From assembly GCA_030765505.1 (NCBI GenBank), contig JAVCCL010000025.1:14865-78864 (forward strand): 64,000 bases of DNA, in the 5' to 3' direction. The position numbers and the translations under genes were made by a program. Source of the stretch: Candidatus Kaelpia imicola (GTDB lineage Bacteria; Omnitrophota; Gorgyraeia; Kaelpiales; Kaelpiaceae). Positions 39,050 through 49,060 of the stretch are shown here, piece by piece. Each line of letters opens with the position of its first letter. Position 1 is the stretch's first letter. A model generated the notes under the pieces. It did no database searches. It was not told the DNA's origin and was given only the letters and a program-made list of their open reading frames with translations.

Positions 39050-40569
39050 CTCTTTTTCTTAATCTCTTCCATCATACGCTGAGATATTTTTTTAATCTTT
39101 CCTTTATTAGCACAGACCATAAAAGCATCTACAACATCCGGGTCAAACTGCTTAGCTCTCTGTTTCAATATCTCCTCCACGGCAGTGCTGTAATTCTTAG
39201 TCTTCTTATAAGGCCTGTGACATACCATTGCTTCAAAAGAGTCAGCGACAGCCAGTATCCTTGCCCCAAGCGGAATCTTATTACCCTTCAGACCTTTAGG
39301 GTAGCCCTTCCCATCAAACCTTTCATGGTGATGCAATATTATAGGCACAGCAGGTTTCAAAGCCTTGACCGTCTTGATTATCTCAGCACTTTTAATTGGA
39401 TGCTCCCGGACAGAGCTATACTCTCTCTCTGTTAAAAGATCGGGTTTCTTAAGTATCTTCTCCGGAACAGCAACCTTCCCGGTATCCAAAAGTAAAGTTG
39501 CATATTTTATATATTCCCTCTCTTCTTGAGAAACACCGTATTCATCAGCAATAGCAAGTACCAAATCAATAAAACTTTTCGGATGGGTATAGATACTAGG
39601 AGACTTTACCTCTAAAACCTTTGAGAGAGCTTGCAAGCTCTCTATTAAAATCTTACTTTGAGTCTCATATAACTTGGCATTCTTTATAGCAACAACAGCC
39701 TGTTCTGACAAAACAGATAGAATCTCTCTGTCGTTTAAGTCGAACGGTCTTCCGTTCTGCTTCGACTTTAATCCAATTGCTCCGATAAGATCTTCTTCAA
39801 TTAGAGGCACCCAGAGTGCATTCTTGCTAAGAATAAGGGTTCCGGCTTCCAGATTTTTACCAATCTTAGAATTAAAAATGTCTATCTTATGAGGCTTCTC
39901 CGAAGAACTAACAGAAGCAACGGTCTTAGGCTTTAAATAGTTTCCGGCTCTCAGATATATAACGCAACTTTTAGCCCGTATTACCTGAAGGCATAACCTT
40001 GCAAGACGAGGCAAAAGCTCGGCCATGTTAAGGGTTGAAGATATCAAACGATGAACAGTGTGAACCGAAGAGAGAGCAATAGCACGGGGCCGCAGAGTAC
40101 CATGAACCTTTATCAACTCCAGCTCCTTTAAAGCTTTCTCTAGAGAGATGGCCAAATAATCCTCAACAAAATCAAGCACCTCCTTGGATAATTTTCCATT
40201 CTCTATAATAAGACAGATATAACCATAATTAGCTCCTCCATGAATAAGAGGAAAGATCCAGAGACTCTCCGTAAATCTACATCTCACCTCTTCAAAATAG
40301 CCGCTTCGAGATACTTGTCTCATTTTGCCCTTCATCTCTCCTACGGCTACTTTTTCAATCTTAGTTTTTAGATCGTACTCTTTTGCTATCTTTTTAATCT
40401 TCTTCAGCAGCTCTTGAATCGGCCTTTTTGACTCCAGCCTGGAAAAAAGAATCAATACCACATTGGAGTCTGACAGCTTATCCAAATGGAATTTTAGTCT
40501 TTCCAGATCCCCCCCCTTATCCAGGGTCTCAACAACATTTCTCTCTAAGACTATTTCATTCATATGCAA
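39046..40569 (-). CDS. HD-GYP domain phosphodiesterase with N-terminal GAF-like sensor
   Basis: HD...HHERFDGKGYP motif typical of HD-GYP c-di-GMP phosphodiesterases. Confidence 0.75.
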   Translation of the reverse strand: MHMNEIVLERNVVETLDKGGDLERLKFHLDKLSDSNVVLILFSRLESKRPIQELLKKIKKIAKEYDLKTKIEKVAVGEMKGKMRQVSRSGYFEEVRCRFTESLWIFPLIHGGANYGYICLIIENGKLSKEVLDFVEDYLAISLEKALKELELIKVHGTLRPRAIALSSVHTVHRLISSTLNMAELLPRLARLCLQVIRAKSCVIYLRAGNYLKPKTVASVSSSEKPHKIDIFNSKIGKNLEAGTLILSKNALWVPLIEEDLIGAIGLKSKQNGRPFDLNDREILSVLSEQAVVAIKNAKLYETQSKILIESLQALSKVLEVKSPSIYTHPKSFIDLVLAIADEYGVSQEEREYIKYATLLLDTGKVAVPEKILKKPDLLTEREYSSVREHPIKSAEIIKTVKALKPAVPIILHHHERFDGKGYPKGLKGNKIPLGARILAVADSFEAMVCHRPYKKTKNYSTAVEEILKQRAKQFDPDVVDAFMVCANKGKIKKISQRMMEEIKKKR

Positions 40570-40666
40570 TTATTCTACAACAAGAAGTAATCTTTTTCAA
40601 CAATGGATAAAACAATTGGGGTATCAGATAATCAGAATCTAACTATTTAGTAACTATATAGTTAGA

Positions 40667-41854
40667 TTAAACTATTTCCATGGGATCAAACAGCTTGCGG
40701 TATTCACCTGCAGCAAAGCTATCAGTCATAGAGGCTATATAGTCAGATATGGTACGTTTAAGTCCCTCTTTTTTTATCCTGCGCTGGATATCATCAGGTA
40801 GCTGAGCAGGTTTTTTATAATAAACATTGAATAACTCTGTTAGAATCCTACTGGCTTTATCAGACATTCTGACAACCCGATAATGGTGATAGAGGTTCTG
40901 ATAGAGAAAATCTCTTAAAGGCTTTCTTCTCCTCTGCATAGTAACGCTAAAACCTATAAACCTTTTAGTTGCCGTTCTCACGTCTTCTACGGAACGAATT
41001 GATTCTAAATTCCTGAATGAACTTTTAATTAGGTCTTTAACATCCATATCTATCAGGGATCTGATTACCTGATGCTTCTTAAACCTTGCAGATATACTTG
41101 AGTAGCGCTTCTTAACTCTCTTCTCCGCCTCTCTCCATAGTTCTATCTTCTTTAAATCCGAAATAGCAATTAAACCCGAAGTTATTCCATCGTCTAAATC
41201 GTGACTGTCGTATGCAATTTCATCCGCAATATTTACAACCTGGGCTTCAAGCGTAGGCTGTTCTTGATTGTAAAACTCGCTCAGATTTAACCTGCCATAT
41301 TTTTTTAAGCTCTGAGGGTTTAAATTCTTATACCCGTTATCATAACGCGTGCTATGTTTTAAAAACCCCTCTCTAACCTCCCAAGTAAGATTTAACCCGT
41401 TAAAATCCGGATACCTTAACTCCAAACAATCCACTACCCTCAATCCCTGAAGATTATGGTCAAAACCCCCGACATCGGCAACCAAATAATTCAAAACCTC
41501 TTCTCCTGAATGACCGAAAGGAGTATGTCCGACATCATGACCTAAGGCTATAGCTTCAACAAGATCTACATTTAATGACAAAACGCGGGCAACAGAACGC
41601 GCAATCTGAGCAACCTCAAGACTATGAGTCAGGCGAGTCCTATAATAATCGCCTTCATGTATCAAAAAAACCTGAGTCTTGTACTCTAAACGCCTAAAAG
41701 CAGTGGAGTGTATAATCCTATCTCTATCCCTCTGGAAGCAAGTCCTGTAATCATCTTCGGTTTCACCGTACTTTCTACCCCTGCTAAGCAAACTTTTAAA
41801 TGCATAGGACGCTAATATTTTATTCTCTAAGTTTTGATATTCTTTTCTATTCAT
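40667..41854 (-). CDS. dgt: dGTP triphosphohydrolase-like HD protein
   Basis: HSLEVAQIARS...GHDVGHTPFGHSGE motifs. Confidence 0.8.
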   Translation of the reverse strand: MNRKEYQNLENKILASYAFKSLLSRGRKYGETEDDYRTCFQRDRDRIIHSTAFRRLEYKTQVFLIHEGDYYRTRLTHSLEVAQIARSVARVLSLNVDLVEAIALGHDVGHTPFGHSGEEVLNYLVADVGGFDHNLQGLRVVDCLELRYPDFNGLNLTWEVREGFLKHSTRYDNGYKNLNPQSLKKYGRLNLSEFYNQEQPTLEAQVVNIADEIAYDSHDLDDGITSGLIAISDLKKIELWREAEKRVKKRYSSISARFKKHQVIRSLIDMDVKDLIKSSFRNLESIRSVEDVRTATKRFIGFSVTMQRRRKPLRDFLYQNLYHHYRVVRMSDKASRILTELFNVYYKKPAQLPDDIQRRIKKEGLKRTISDYIASMTDSFAAGEYRKLFDPMEIV

Positions 41855-42323
41855 CTGACATTAGAAGCTGGTATAAATTATTCAAAGATTGAGATAAAAC
41901 TTTGGTATCAGACAGAAGCGGCATAAAATTCGTATCTCCAACCCAGCGAGGCACAATATGAAAATGTATGTGGTCTTTTATTCCGGCGCCAGCTGCTGCG
42001 CCGATATTTAACCCAATATTAAAACCTTCGGGATTTAATCTCTTTTTCAATCTCTCCTTAAAACTTTTGATTAACTTAAAGATCTCGCTTAACTCAGAAT
42101 CATTTAAATCAGTAATATCCGGAACATGCCTATAAGGAGCAACCATCAAGTGGCCATTATTGTAGGGGTATATATTGAGTAAGATAAAGGAATGCTCGCC
42201 TCTTGATAAAACATAATTAGTCTCATCATCCCTGCTCTTGAATTTCCTGCAAAATATACAATCCCTATCCTTGTCAGGATTTGAAACATATTCCATTCTC
42301 CATGGAGCCCAGATATTCTTCAT
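41847..42323 (-). CDS. HIT family hydrolase
   Basis: C-terminal histidine triad HIHFHIVPR. Confidence 0.75.
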   Translation of the reverse strand: MKNIWAPWRMEYVSNPDKDRDCIFCRKFKSRDDETNYVLSRGEHSFILLNIYPYNNGHLMVAPYRHVPDITDLNDSELSEIFKLIKSFKERLKKRLNPEGFNIGLNIGAAAGAGIKDHIHFHIVPRWVGDTNFMPLLSDTKVLSQSLNNLYQLLMSDE

Positions 42324-42325
42324 AG

Positions 42326-43282
42326 TTAAAATATTATTATTAACGGAACTATTAATAAAAGCAACAGCATTAACTCGTAAGCTCTCTTTAGCTTTCTGGA
42401 CCTAAGCAGAATAAACAATGTCAATGTTGTTATCTCTACAGCTGCAAGAGTATAGAGATGAGAGAGCGACGCTTCTGAAAGAAGAGGTATCCTGAAAGAG
42501 ATTACCTCTAGGATAGGTATTATAGCTATATCTAACGCATTACTTCCTATTATATTACCTATAGCCATAGCGTGAGACCTGTTCATAAGCGCTGAAACTG
42601 TTACAACAAGCTCCGGCAGGGAGGTAACAAAACCTAAAAACAATGTTCCAAAAAAAACATAGTTCAGCATAGACCTCTCAACAATAATCTTGGATTGAAC
42701 AACTGTAAGTTGAGCAAAAAACGCCATTGCAATCAAAGCAACTACAAATATAGCCCATTCTTTTAAATAATTTTTGTTATTGCTGGATTCGGAAAAAATG
42801 TTATCAGCCTTATTGTCTCTTAGTTCACCTTTAAGAAAAAAGAAGTATAGAATCACTATTAAAATATTCTCTAATCCAAAGTTAAAAAGATTCGGATTAA
42901 AACCAGTAAAACTCCTCAGGATAATTGAAACCACAATCAAAGCCTGCAATATTAAGACTATAAATATTCCCTTAAAATTCTTACTTCTCTTTAAAAATCC
43001 GCCCTTGGATACAAAAATATCCAGCAATATTAAAATAAAAAGATTGATTAAAAGAGATCCGAATATATTTCCTAAGGCCAGATCAAAAATCTTATTTTTA
43101 ACAGCAATGGCAGAAGTGAACAACTCTGGCGAAGAGGTAGCCAGAGCAAGAAAGAAGACACCCATAAAACCTTCGGATATTCGAGTCTTCTTTGCTATCA
43201 GGTAACCATACTTACAAGATATATAGCCAAACAGAAAGATGGCAATAGCATAGGCTGTGAATTTAAGCCAAGCTATCAACAT
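42326..43282 (-). CDS. Ca2+:cation antiporter (CaCA/YrbG family)
   Basis: Two alpha-repeat regions (GNIFGSLLINL and GNIIGSNALDIAI) across about 10 TM helices. Confidence 0.7.
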   Translation of the reverse strand: MLIAWLKFTAYAIAIFLFGYISCKYGYLIAKKTRISEGFMGVFFLALATSSPELFTSAIAVKNKIFDLALGNIFGSLLINLFILILLDIFVSKGGFLKRSKNFKGIFIVLILQALIVVSIILRSFTGFNPNLFNFGLENILIVILYFFFLKGELRDNKADNIFSESSNNKNYLKEWAIFVVALIAMAFFAQLTVVQSKIIVERSMLNYVFFGTLFLGFVTSLPELVVTVSALMNRSHAMAIGNIIGSNALDIAIIPILEVISFRIPLLSEASLSHLYTLAAVEITTLTLFILLRSRKLKRAYELMLLLLLIVPLIIIF

Positions 43283-44897
43283 TATTCTTCCCGGTTACAG
43301 AATAAAACTCACAGAGTTTAATTAGAAATTCCATATCCCAAAGCCAAAATCCCATAGTCTTTAGTATTAAATTTACACTGTTACCCCCCAGTTGATTAGG
43401 AATAATTGCCACCTTCTGGTTAAATCTTACCTGACTATCTTTAAGTCTCTCTACAATGGTATAACTATCCTGCTCTTTAAACCCCAGGGATACTACAAGG
43501 AAGAGCCAGCATCCCGACCCCTCTCTCTTAGCGCGAAAGAGAGTATAATCTTGCCCTTGAAACTCTTTTTCAAAAGAGAAAATCTTAGGCAACTGCTTCC
43601 TTTTTCCGGCTAAATCTATAAATTCATTATCGAACCTCAAGATAAGCTCTTTGACAACAGCCTCTATCTCTGAGATCGGCTTATCGCTACAGAAAAGATT
43701 GGAACCGGAATTAACGCAGTCCAACTCTCTCTCTAACATCTCCATACGAGTTTTAAAACCTATTCCCAACCCCATAAGATCTGCGCTGTAAGCATAGAGA
43801 AGCCATATTCTGAAAAGCGGGTCCTTTATCCGGAAAAAACTGCCATTCTTCTCCAAAAAACCGTTCATAGAATAGCCAGAGTTAGCATAGGAGAGATCCA
43901 GCTTCTTAAGGCTCTTTTTCTTTGTATTACCTCTTGCAACCTCAATAATAAAAGGCAGAAATTCCTGAAACTTTTCAACCCCGGGATAATTTCTCAATTT
44001 TTCACTGAAAAACCTATAAAGAAAACCTTTATTGTTAATCAGATTCTCCCTAATCATTAGAATGAGGCTTTCAGAATCAAAGCTATCTACATTCTCTTGG
44101 ACCCAGGATGTCAATATATCAAGATAGAGAGGTACACCCGCAGTTAAAGTTATTAGCCTATCTATGGCAGTGCTGTCTATCTCCTTTATTTTCCTCATTC
44201 TGGATTCTATAAACCCTCTAGACTCTTGATATAAGAACTTATCCAACTCCATAATTTCAAAATTGCCAAATAACAGAGAGAACTCTGAATTTAAGACAGA
44301 TTTAGATCTATCCTGATCTGAACTTATCAATATAAATAGAGCATGCTCATCCAGCATAATATGCTCTCTTAATATCTGCATCCAATAATTTAATTTAAGC
44401 TTACCCAGGCCAAAAAATTCATCTATCACAAAGAGAGAGTTCTTTTTAAACTCTTTCTTGATCTTAAGCGGAAGGCGTAATATTGAATCCATCAAAAACT
44501 CGTAATTATTATTTTTAAGACCTGCCTCTATGTTTCTTATAATAGGACTGAAGGCTGGATAATCCCTTTCGATAACCCTCCCGCTATCAGCCGCATTATC
44601 TATAAGAAAATTACCATCTATTGAGGAAAGCTTACGCAGGGAATGGAGTAAAAATCCTAAAAAACTCTCTTTCAAAAACCCTTCTTCAAGGTTGAGATAG
44701 ATAGGAAAAAGGTCTCCTTTTAAATCATCGTGGATGAATTTAAGGATGAGCGATGTCTTGCCGATGCTCCAAGGACCCAGAATAGCGAGATTTCTCCTGT
44801 AACCATCAAGATAATCGTTCTTTATCTTCTTTAATCTTTTTAGCTCTCTCTCTCTTGAAGAAAACTGTTCTTTTATTACAGGGCCTATTTTTATCAT
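43263..44897 (-). CDS. AAA+ ATPase (Arch_ATPase-like) with C-terminal DUF234-like domain
   Basis: Walker A GPWSIGKTS and Walker B LFVIDEF, followed by a C-terminal region of about 200 aa. Confidence 0.55.
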   Translation of the reverse strand: MIKIGPVIKEQFSSRERELKRLKKIKNDYLDGYRRNLAILGPWSIGKTSLILKFIHDDLKGDLFPIYLNLEEGFLKESFLGFLLHSLRKLSSIDGNFLIDNAADSGRVIERDYPAFSPIIRNIEAGLKNNNYEFLMDSILRLPLKIKKEFKKNSLFVIDEFFGLGKLKLNYWMQILREHIMLDEHALFILISSDQDRSKSVLNSEFSLLFGNFEIMELDKFLYQESRGFIESRMRKIKEIDSTAIDRLITLTAGVPLYLDILTSWVQENVDSFDSESLILMIRENLINNKGFLYRFFSEKLRNYPGVEKFQEFLPFIIEVARGNTKKKSLKKLDLSYANSGYSMNGFLEKNGSFFRIKDPLFRIWLLYAYSADLMGLGIGFKTRMEMLERELDCVNSGSNLFCSDKPISEIEAVVKELILRFDNEFIDLAGKRKQLPKIFSFEKEFQGQDYTLFRAKREGSGCWLFLVVSLGFKEQDSYTIVERLKDSQVRFNQKVAIIPNQLGGNSVNLILKTMGFWLWDMEFLIKLCEFYSVTGKNNVDSLA

Positions 44898-44907
44898 TAA
44901 GTAAAAA

Positions 44908-45561
44908 TTATTTTAAAAATTTTAACGGGTCTAAAGGGTTATTCTCTCTTCTTAGCTCAAAGTGCAATACCCCGCTCTCTTTATCAATACAGGATATGAA
45001 ATCCCCTTGTTTGACATAGTCACCTTTTTTAACTAAAAGAAGATCGTTATAAGCATAGAGCGAATAGAGCCCTTCTCCGTGATCAATCATGACAACCTTA
45101 TCATAGCCTTTTATATCTTCACCAGAATAACAGACCTCACCCGAAGCCGCGGCAACTACTCTCTGAGACGAAAACAGTCTTATATCTATACCTTTATTAG
45201 CTCCCTTAGAAGTTGTATCTTTAAAATAGGATATGACTTTACCTTCAACAGGCCAAATAAAATTAGAGCTGGATATATTCGGCTTTACAGTTCTATCCGG
45301 GATATACAACAATTGGCCCTCCTTTATTCTGGAAGGATCTTCCATGTTATTAGCAATTATTACATCTTTTAACTTTACTCCATAAGAAGAGCATATTTTA
45401 TAGAGAGTCTCTCCGCTTCTAACCTTATGATATTGACCTTTGGCTTTATCCCAGTAAGACTCCGTACAGACTTTAGATGCAGGTAAAAATTCAACACTCC
45501 TGCTGCTGGTTGAAGTACAGCCCCATAATAACAGCATAGCAAGAAAAATTATCATCTTCAT
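44908..45561 (-). CDS. LysM domain / M23 family peptidase lipoprotein
   Basis: LysM block YHKVRSGETLYKICSSYGV followed by an M23 block GIDIR...HFELRREN. Confidence 0.75.
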   Translation of the reverse strand: MKMIIFLAMLLLWGCTSTSSRSVEFLPASKVCTESYWDKAKGQYHKVRSGETLYKICSSYGVKLKDVIIANNMEDPSRIKEGQLLYIPDRTVKPNISSSNFIWPVEGKVISYFKDTTSKGANKGIDIRLFSSQRVVAAASGEVCYSGEDIKGYDKVVMIDHGEGLYSLYAYNDLLLVKKGDYVKQGDFISCIDKESGVLHFELRRENNPLDPLKFLK

Positions 45562-45590
45562 ACCACAGACTTCAAAAGACTCCTATTACT

Positions 45591-45665
45591 GGAGCGAGTG
45601 AGGGGGATCGAACCCCCGACATCCAGCTTGGGAAGCTGACGTTCTACCGCTGAACTACACTCGCT
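45591..45665 (-). tRNA. tRNA-Gly (anticodon CCC), CCA encoded
   Basis: The minus-strand sequence GCGAGTGTAGTTCAGCGGTAGAACGTCAGCTTCCCAAGCTGGATGTCGGGGGTTCGATCCCCCTCACTCGCTCCA has anticodon loop UUCCCAA with U33 and A37, and discriminator U as in bacterial Gly tRNAs. Confidence 0.8.
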
Positions 45666-45707
45666 TATTATTTGACTAAAAACCAAACAATAGTCAAAAC
45701 AGTAAAA

Positions 45708-47003
45708 TTAAACCGCAAATTTTTTATTTAAATACTTCTCTACAATCTTTATAGAACAAAACTTGCTGCACATAGAACATGTATCTTTTATCCCAGGCGG
45801 AATTTTATTGTGATACTCTGACGCTTTTTCACTATCCAAGAAAAACTTCATCTGTTCTTCCCAGTCTCTCTCTTTACGCGCTCTATTAACCTTCAGCTCT
45901 CTCTGGACTGCCCTCTCCTTACCCCGGCAAAAGTTTACTGCCTGGGCGGCTATTTTAAAAGCCATAATCCCATCTCTAACATCATTGATATCAGGAAGAG
46001 ACAAGTGCTCTGCAGGAGTGAGATAACATAAAAAATCGGCTCCGGAATAAGCCGCTATGGATGCTCCAATCGCAGCATTTATATGATCATATCCAGCAGC
46101 AGAATCTATAATTAGAGGTCCTAAGACATAGAGCGGAGCTCCTCCAATTATCTCTTTTATAGCCTTAATCTCATGCTCAATTTTATTTAGCGGAACATGG
46201 CCGGGACCCTCAACCATAGTCTGAACACCGTAATCTCTGGCTCTCCTCACAAGGTCTGAGACTATAAATGTCTCATGGTATTGCAACGAATCCCCGGCAT
46301 CAAATATTGACCCTGGCCTTAATGCATCTCCAAGGCTTATAGTAACGTCATACTTCTTGGTAATCTCAAGCACTCTGTCAAAATATTCATAAAAGGGGTT
46401 CTCTCTCTCATTCACTATCATCCATTCCAGCATTAGAGCTCCGCCTCGACTAACTATATCCAGCTCCCTCTCATACCTCTTTATCTTATCAATACAGTCA
46501 GCTGTAATACCGGCATGTATTGTAAAAAAATCTACCCCTTCGCGAGCCTGCCCCTCTAAGACTTCAAAAAAATCTTCAGTTGAAGCAGTCGCAAAAGACC
46601 CCTCTCTATCGGAACATCTTGCCGCAGCTTCATAGAGCGGTACAGTTCCAAAAGGAAGGACAGTCTTAGAGATCAACTCTCTTCTTATCTTAGCAATATC
46701 TCCCCCGACAGAGAGATCCATTATCGTATCAGCCTTAAGGCGCTCTGAGAGCTCGATCTTTCTGGTTTCAAGATTCAAATCAATCTTATCCAGAGAGGTA
46801 CCTATATTGACATTTATTTTGACATTCATCCCTTCGCCGATAGCAACCCTGCGCTTATTAGAATGGGCCTCATTGTCAGGTATCACCGCTCTGCCTTTTA
46901 ATATTTTATCTAATAAAAAATCTTCGGTAACTTCTTCGAAATTCGCAATCTCTTTTATAAAAAGAGGTATATCTCCTTTTTTAATTTTATCTATAAGTGT
47001 CAT
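45708..47003 (-). CDS. thiC: Phosphomethylpyrimidine synthase
   Basis: Radical-SAM ThiC C-terminal cluster CSMCSKFCS and overall ThiC similarity. Confidence 0.9.
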   Translation of the reverse strand: MTLIDKIKKGDIPLFIKEIANFEEVTEDFLLDKILKGRAVIPDNEAHSNKRRVAIGEGMNVKINVNIGTSLDKIDLNLETRKIELSERLKADTIMDLSVGGDIAKIRRELISKTVLPFGTVPLYEAAARCSDREGSFATASTEDFFEVLEGQAREGVDFFTIHAGITADCIDKIKRYERELDIVSRGGALMLEWMIVNERENPFYEYFDRVLEITKKYDVTISLGDALRPGSIFDAGDSLQYHETFIVSDLVRRARDYGVQTMVEGPGHVPLNKIEHEIKAIKEIIGGAPLYVLGPLIIDSAAGYDHINAAIGASIAAYSGADFLCYLTPAEHLSLPDINDVRDGIMAFKIAAQAVNFCRGKERAVQRELKVNRARKERDWEEQMKFFLDSEKASEYHNKIPPGIKDTCSMCSKFCSIKIVEKYLNKKFAV

Positions 47004-47614
47004 CTGGTTATCACCTTTCTTATCTCGTCTATATATCTCTTCTTATCCCCTGCAGCTTTAAGTGAGGAGATAACAGCTACATTGGAAAAGCCATAATCTC
47101 TAACCTCGTTTATATTCTCTAAATTGATCCCTCCTATCGCCACCTGAGGAAGCTTGATATTCTCTGTTATCAATTCTATTTCATCTCTCCCTATTGTTTC
47201 AAGATCTTTTTTAGTATTACTCTTAAAGACCGGGCCGATACTAATATAATCTAAATTTAAATCTTTAACATCTAAAGCATCCTGATAACTATGGCAGCTA
47301 TAACCCAGAATCTTATCCTCTCCCAATATAGACCTAACCTCCTTAGGCAGCAGATCTTCAACTCCTACATGAATACCGTCTGCATCCACAAGAAGAGCGA
47401 CATCAAGCCTATCATTGATAATAAACGGTTTCCCAAAATCAGCTGCTATCTTCTTAAGAGTAATCGCAATATTGTAAAATTCCCTGTCAGAGAGATTTTT
47501 ATCTCTTAACTGAATTATATCTATACCCGAAAACAGAAGCTCTTTAAGATATTCTATTTGATCAAATCCCGTATCAGATACTCCATAAATAGTGCAATCT
47601 TCAAATATTTTCAT
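47000..47614 (-). CDS. thiE: Thiamine-phosphate synthase
   Basis: TMP-TENI fold with IQLRDK and AIGGI motifs. Confidence 0.8.
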   Translation of the reverse strand: MKIFEDCTIYGVSDTGFDQIEYLKELLFSGIDIIQLRDKNLSDREFYNIAITLKKIAADFGKPFIINDRLDVALLVDADGIHVGVEDLLPKEVRSILGEDKILGYSCHSYQDALDVKDLNLDYISIGPVFKSNTKKDLETIGRDEIELITENIKLPQVAIGGINLENINEVRDYGFSNVAVISSLKAAGDKKRYIDEIRKVITR

Positions 47615-48012
47615 ATAGCAGCAAAAGAGTCTTTCTCGATATCATAGACCTTAAAACGCAACCTCATAAACTTCTGCTTTAACTGAGGCTTTAAAACCTG
47701 AGAAACCTCCTCTAATACTCTTAATGCTTCTGTAACTCTTTGAAAGTTAAACCGCAATATATCATCATACCTGAACTTAGAACCTTTGGCATATCTAAAC
47801 TTACCTTTATCTGCCCTTAGATCTCTTCTTTTGAGGAGCTCCTCTCTGCTCAATTGCGCTATTATAAGCGATAATGATCTTCTTGTCTTCTTTAGCTTAA
47901 GAGCAGAATCGGACTTGCTATAGATAAAGCGCATTATATCTTCGCAGACTCTTAAACCCTCTCTCGCCCTATTGAAATTGGCATCTACTATGCGGAAGGA
48001 TTCTTTCTGCAT
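47611..48012 (-). CDS. Hypothetical protein upstream of thiE
   Basis: 133 aa, basic. No family recognised. Confidence 0.3.
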   Translation of the reverse strand: MQKESFRIVDANFNRAREGLRVCEDIMRFIYSKSDSALKLKKTRRSLSLIIAQLSREELLKRRDLRADKGKFRYAKGSKFRYDDILRFNFQRVTEALRVLEEVSQVLKPQLKQKFMRLRFKVYDIEKDSFAAI

Positions 48013-48473
48013 ATCTTCTTTAAAATAGATGTTGTACTATAACCTTTGAGGTAGGGTAAGAGCTTAACCTTCCCCCCATATTCCCTTAAGATATCTCTCC
48101 CCACCACAATTTTATCCCTCCAGTCTGCTCCCTTAAAAAGATAGTCCGGCTTTATCAGGAAGATAACTTCATACGGCGTCGGTTCATCAAAGACGACTAT
48201 ATGATCAACATCCTCTAGTGCTGATAGAACTTCAGCTCTATAATTTTGGTTATTAATCGGCCTACTCTTACCTTTAATAGCTCTAACCGAACTATCTGAG
48301 TTTAGACCTACCACTAAAGAGTCAACATGTTTTTTAGCTTCGGATATAAAATCAACATGGCCGGGATGGAGAATATCAAAACAACCATTAGTAAACCCTA
48401 TAACTTTACCCTCTTTTTTGAGATTTTTGATTCTTCTCTGCAAAAGAACAAGAGAGAAAACTTTATTTTTCAT
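47988..48473 (-). CDS. hldE: D-glycero-beta-D-manno-heptose 1-phosphate adenylyltransferase (RfaE domain II)
   Basis: Cytidylyltransferase motif GCFDILHPGHV. Confidence 0.8.
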   Translation of the reverse strand: MKNKVFSLVLLQRRIKNLKKEGKVIGFTNGCFDILHPGHVDFISEAKKHVDSLVVGLNSDSSVRAIKGKSRPINNQNYRAEVLSALEDVDHIVVFDEPTPYEVIFLIKPDYLFKGADWRDKIVVGRDILREYGGKVKLLPYLKGYSTTSILKKICRKNPSA

Positions 48474-48493
48474 ATTTAAGCTTGAAATATAAG

Positions 48494-49060
48494 TTAAAAC
48501 AATCCTTCTTCGATTAAAAGACAGAGCAGGTGTGCCAGGGTTATATGAACCTCTTGAATAATTGAGGTTTTCTTTGACGGAACAATGAAATTTAGATCTG
48601 AAAGTTCTCTCATCTTACCGCCATCTCCTCCTGTAAAAGATATCGCATAGCCATTATTATTCCTTAAGAATTTTAGAGCCTCTATCACATTGGAAGAGCT
48701 GCCGCTTGTTGAAATAGCAATCGCTATATCGCCCTGCTCGTAAAAAGCTTCGAGCTGCCTTTTGAATACAGCTTTATAACCATAATCGTTTGCTAGAGCT
48801 GTAAGGGAAGCAATATTGCCGGTTAAGGAGATAACAGGAAGAGGTTTGCGTTCTTTTCTAAACCTGCCAACAAGCTCAGCAGCAATATGCTGACTATCAG
48901 ACGCACTGCCGCCATTACCAAATATGATCAATTTCTTTTTATCTTTAAAAGCAGCGGTTAATTTTTCAGCAACCTCTTCTATCTTATCAATATTAGCCTT
49001 AAAGAATCTCTCTTTGACCTCTATGCTCTCTTTAAAATAGCTCTCAATTATATCTTTCAT
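48494..49060 (-). CDS. gmhA: Phosphoheptose isomerase (SIS domain)
   Basis: GNGGSASDSQHIAAEL motif. Confidence 0.85.
   Translation of the reverse strand: MKDIIESYFKESIEVKERFFKANIDKIEEVAEKLTAAFKDKKKLIIFGNGGSASDSQHIAAELVGRFRKERKPLPVISLTGNIASLTALANDYGYKAVFKRQLEAFYEQGDIAIAISTSGSSSNVIEALKFLRNNNGYAISFTGGDGGKMRELSDLNFIVPSKKTSIIQEVHITLAHLLCLLIEEGLF

Noticed and set aside
45591-45665. First-pass call of this tRNA as tRNA-Trp(CCA)
   Set aside because: The palindromic anticodon stem allows two registers. Only the register with loop UUCCCAA keeps U33 and a purine at 37, which gives anticodon CCC (Gly) and is consistent with the U73 discriminator.
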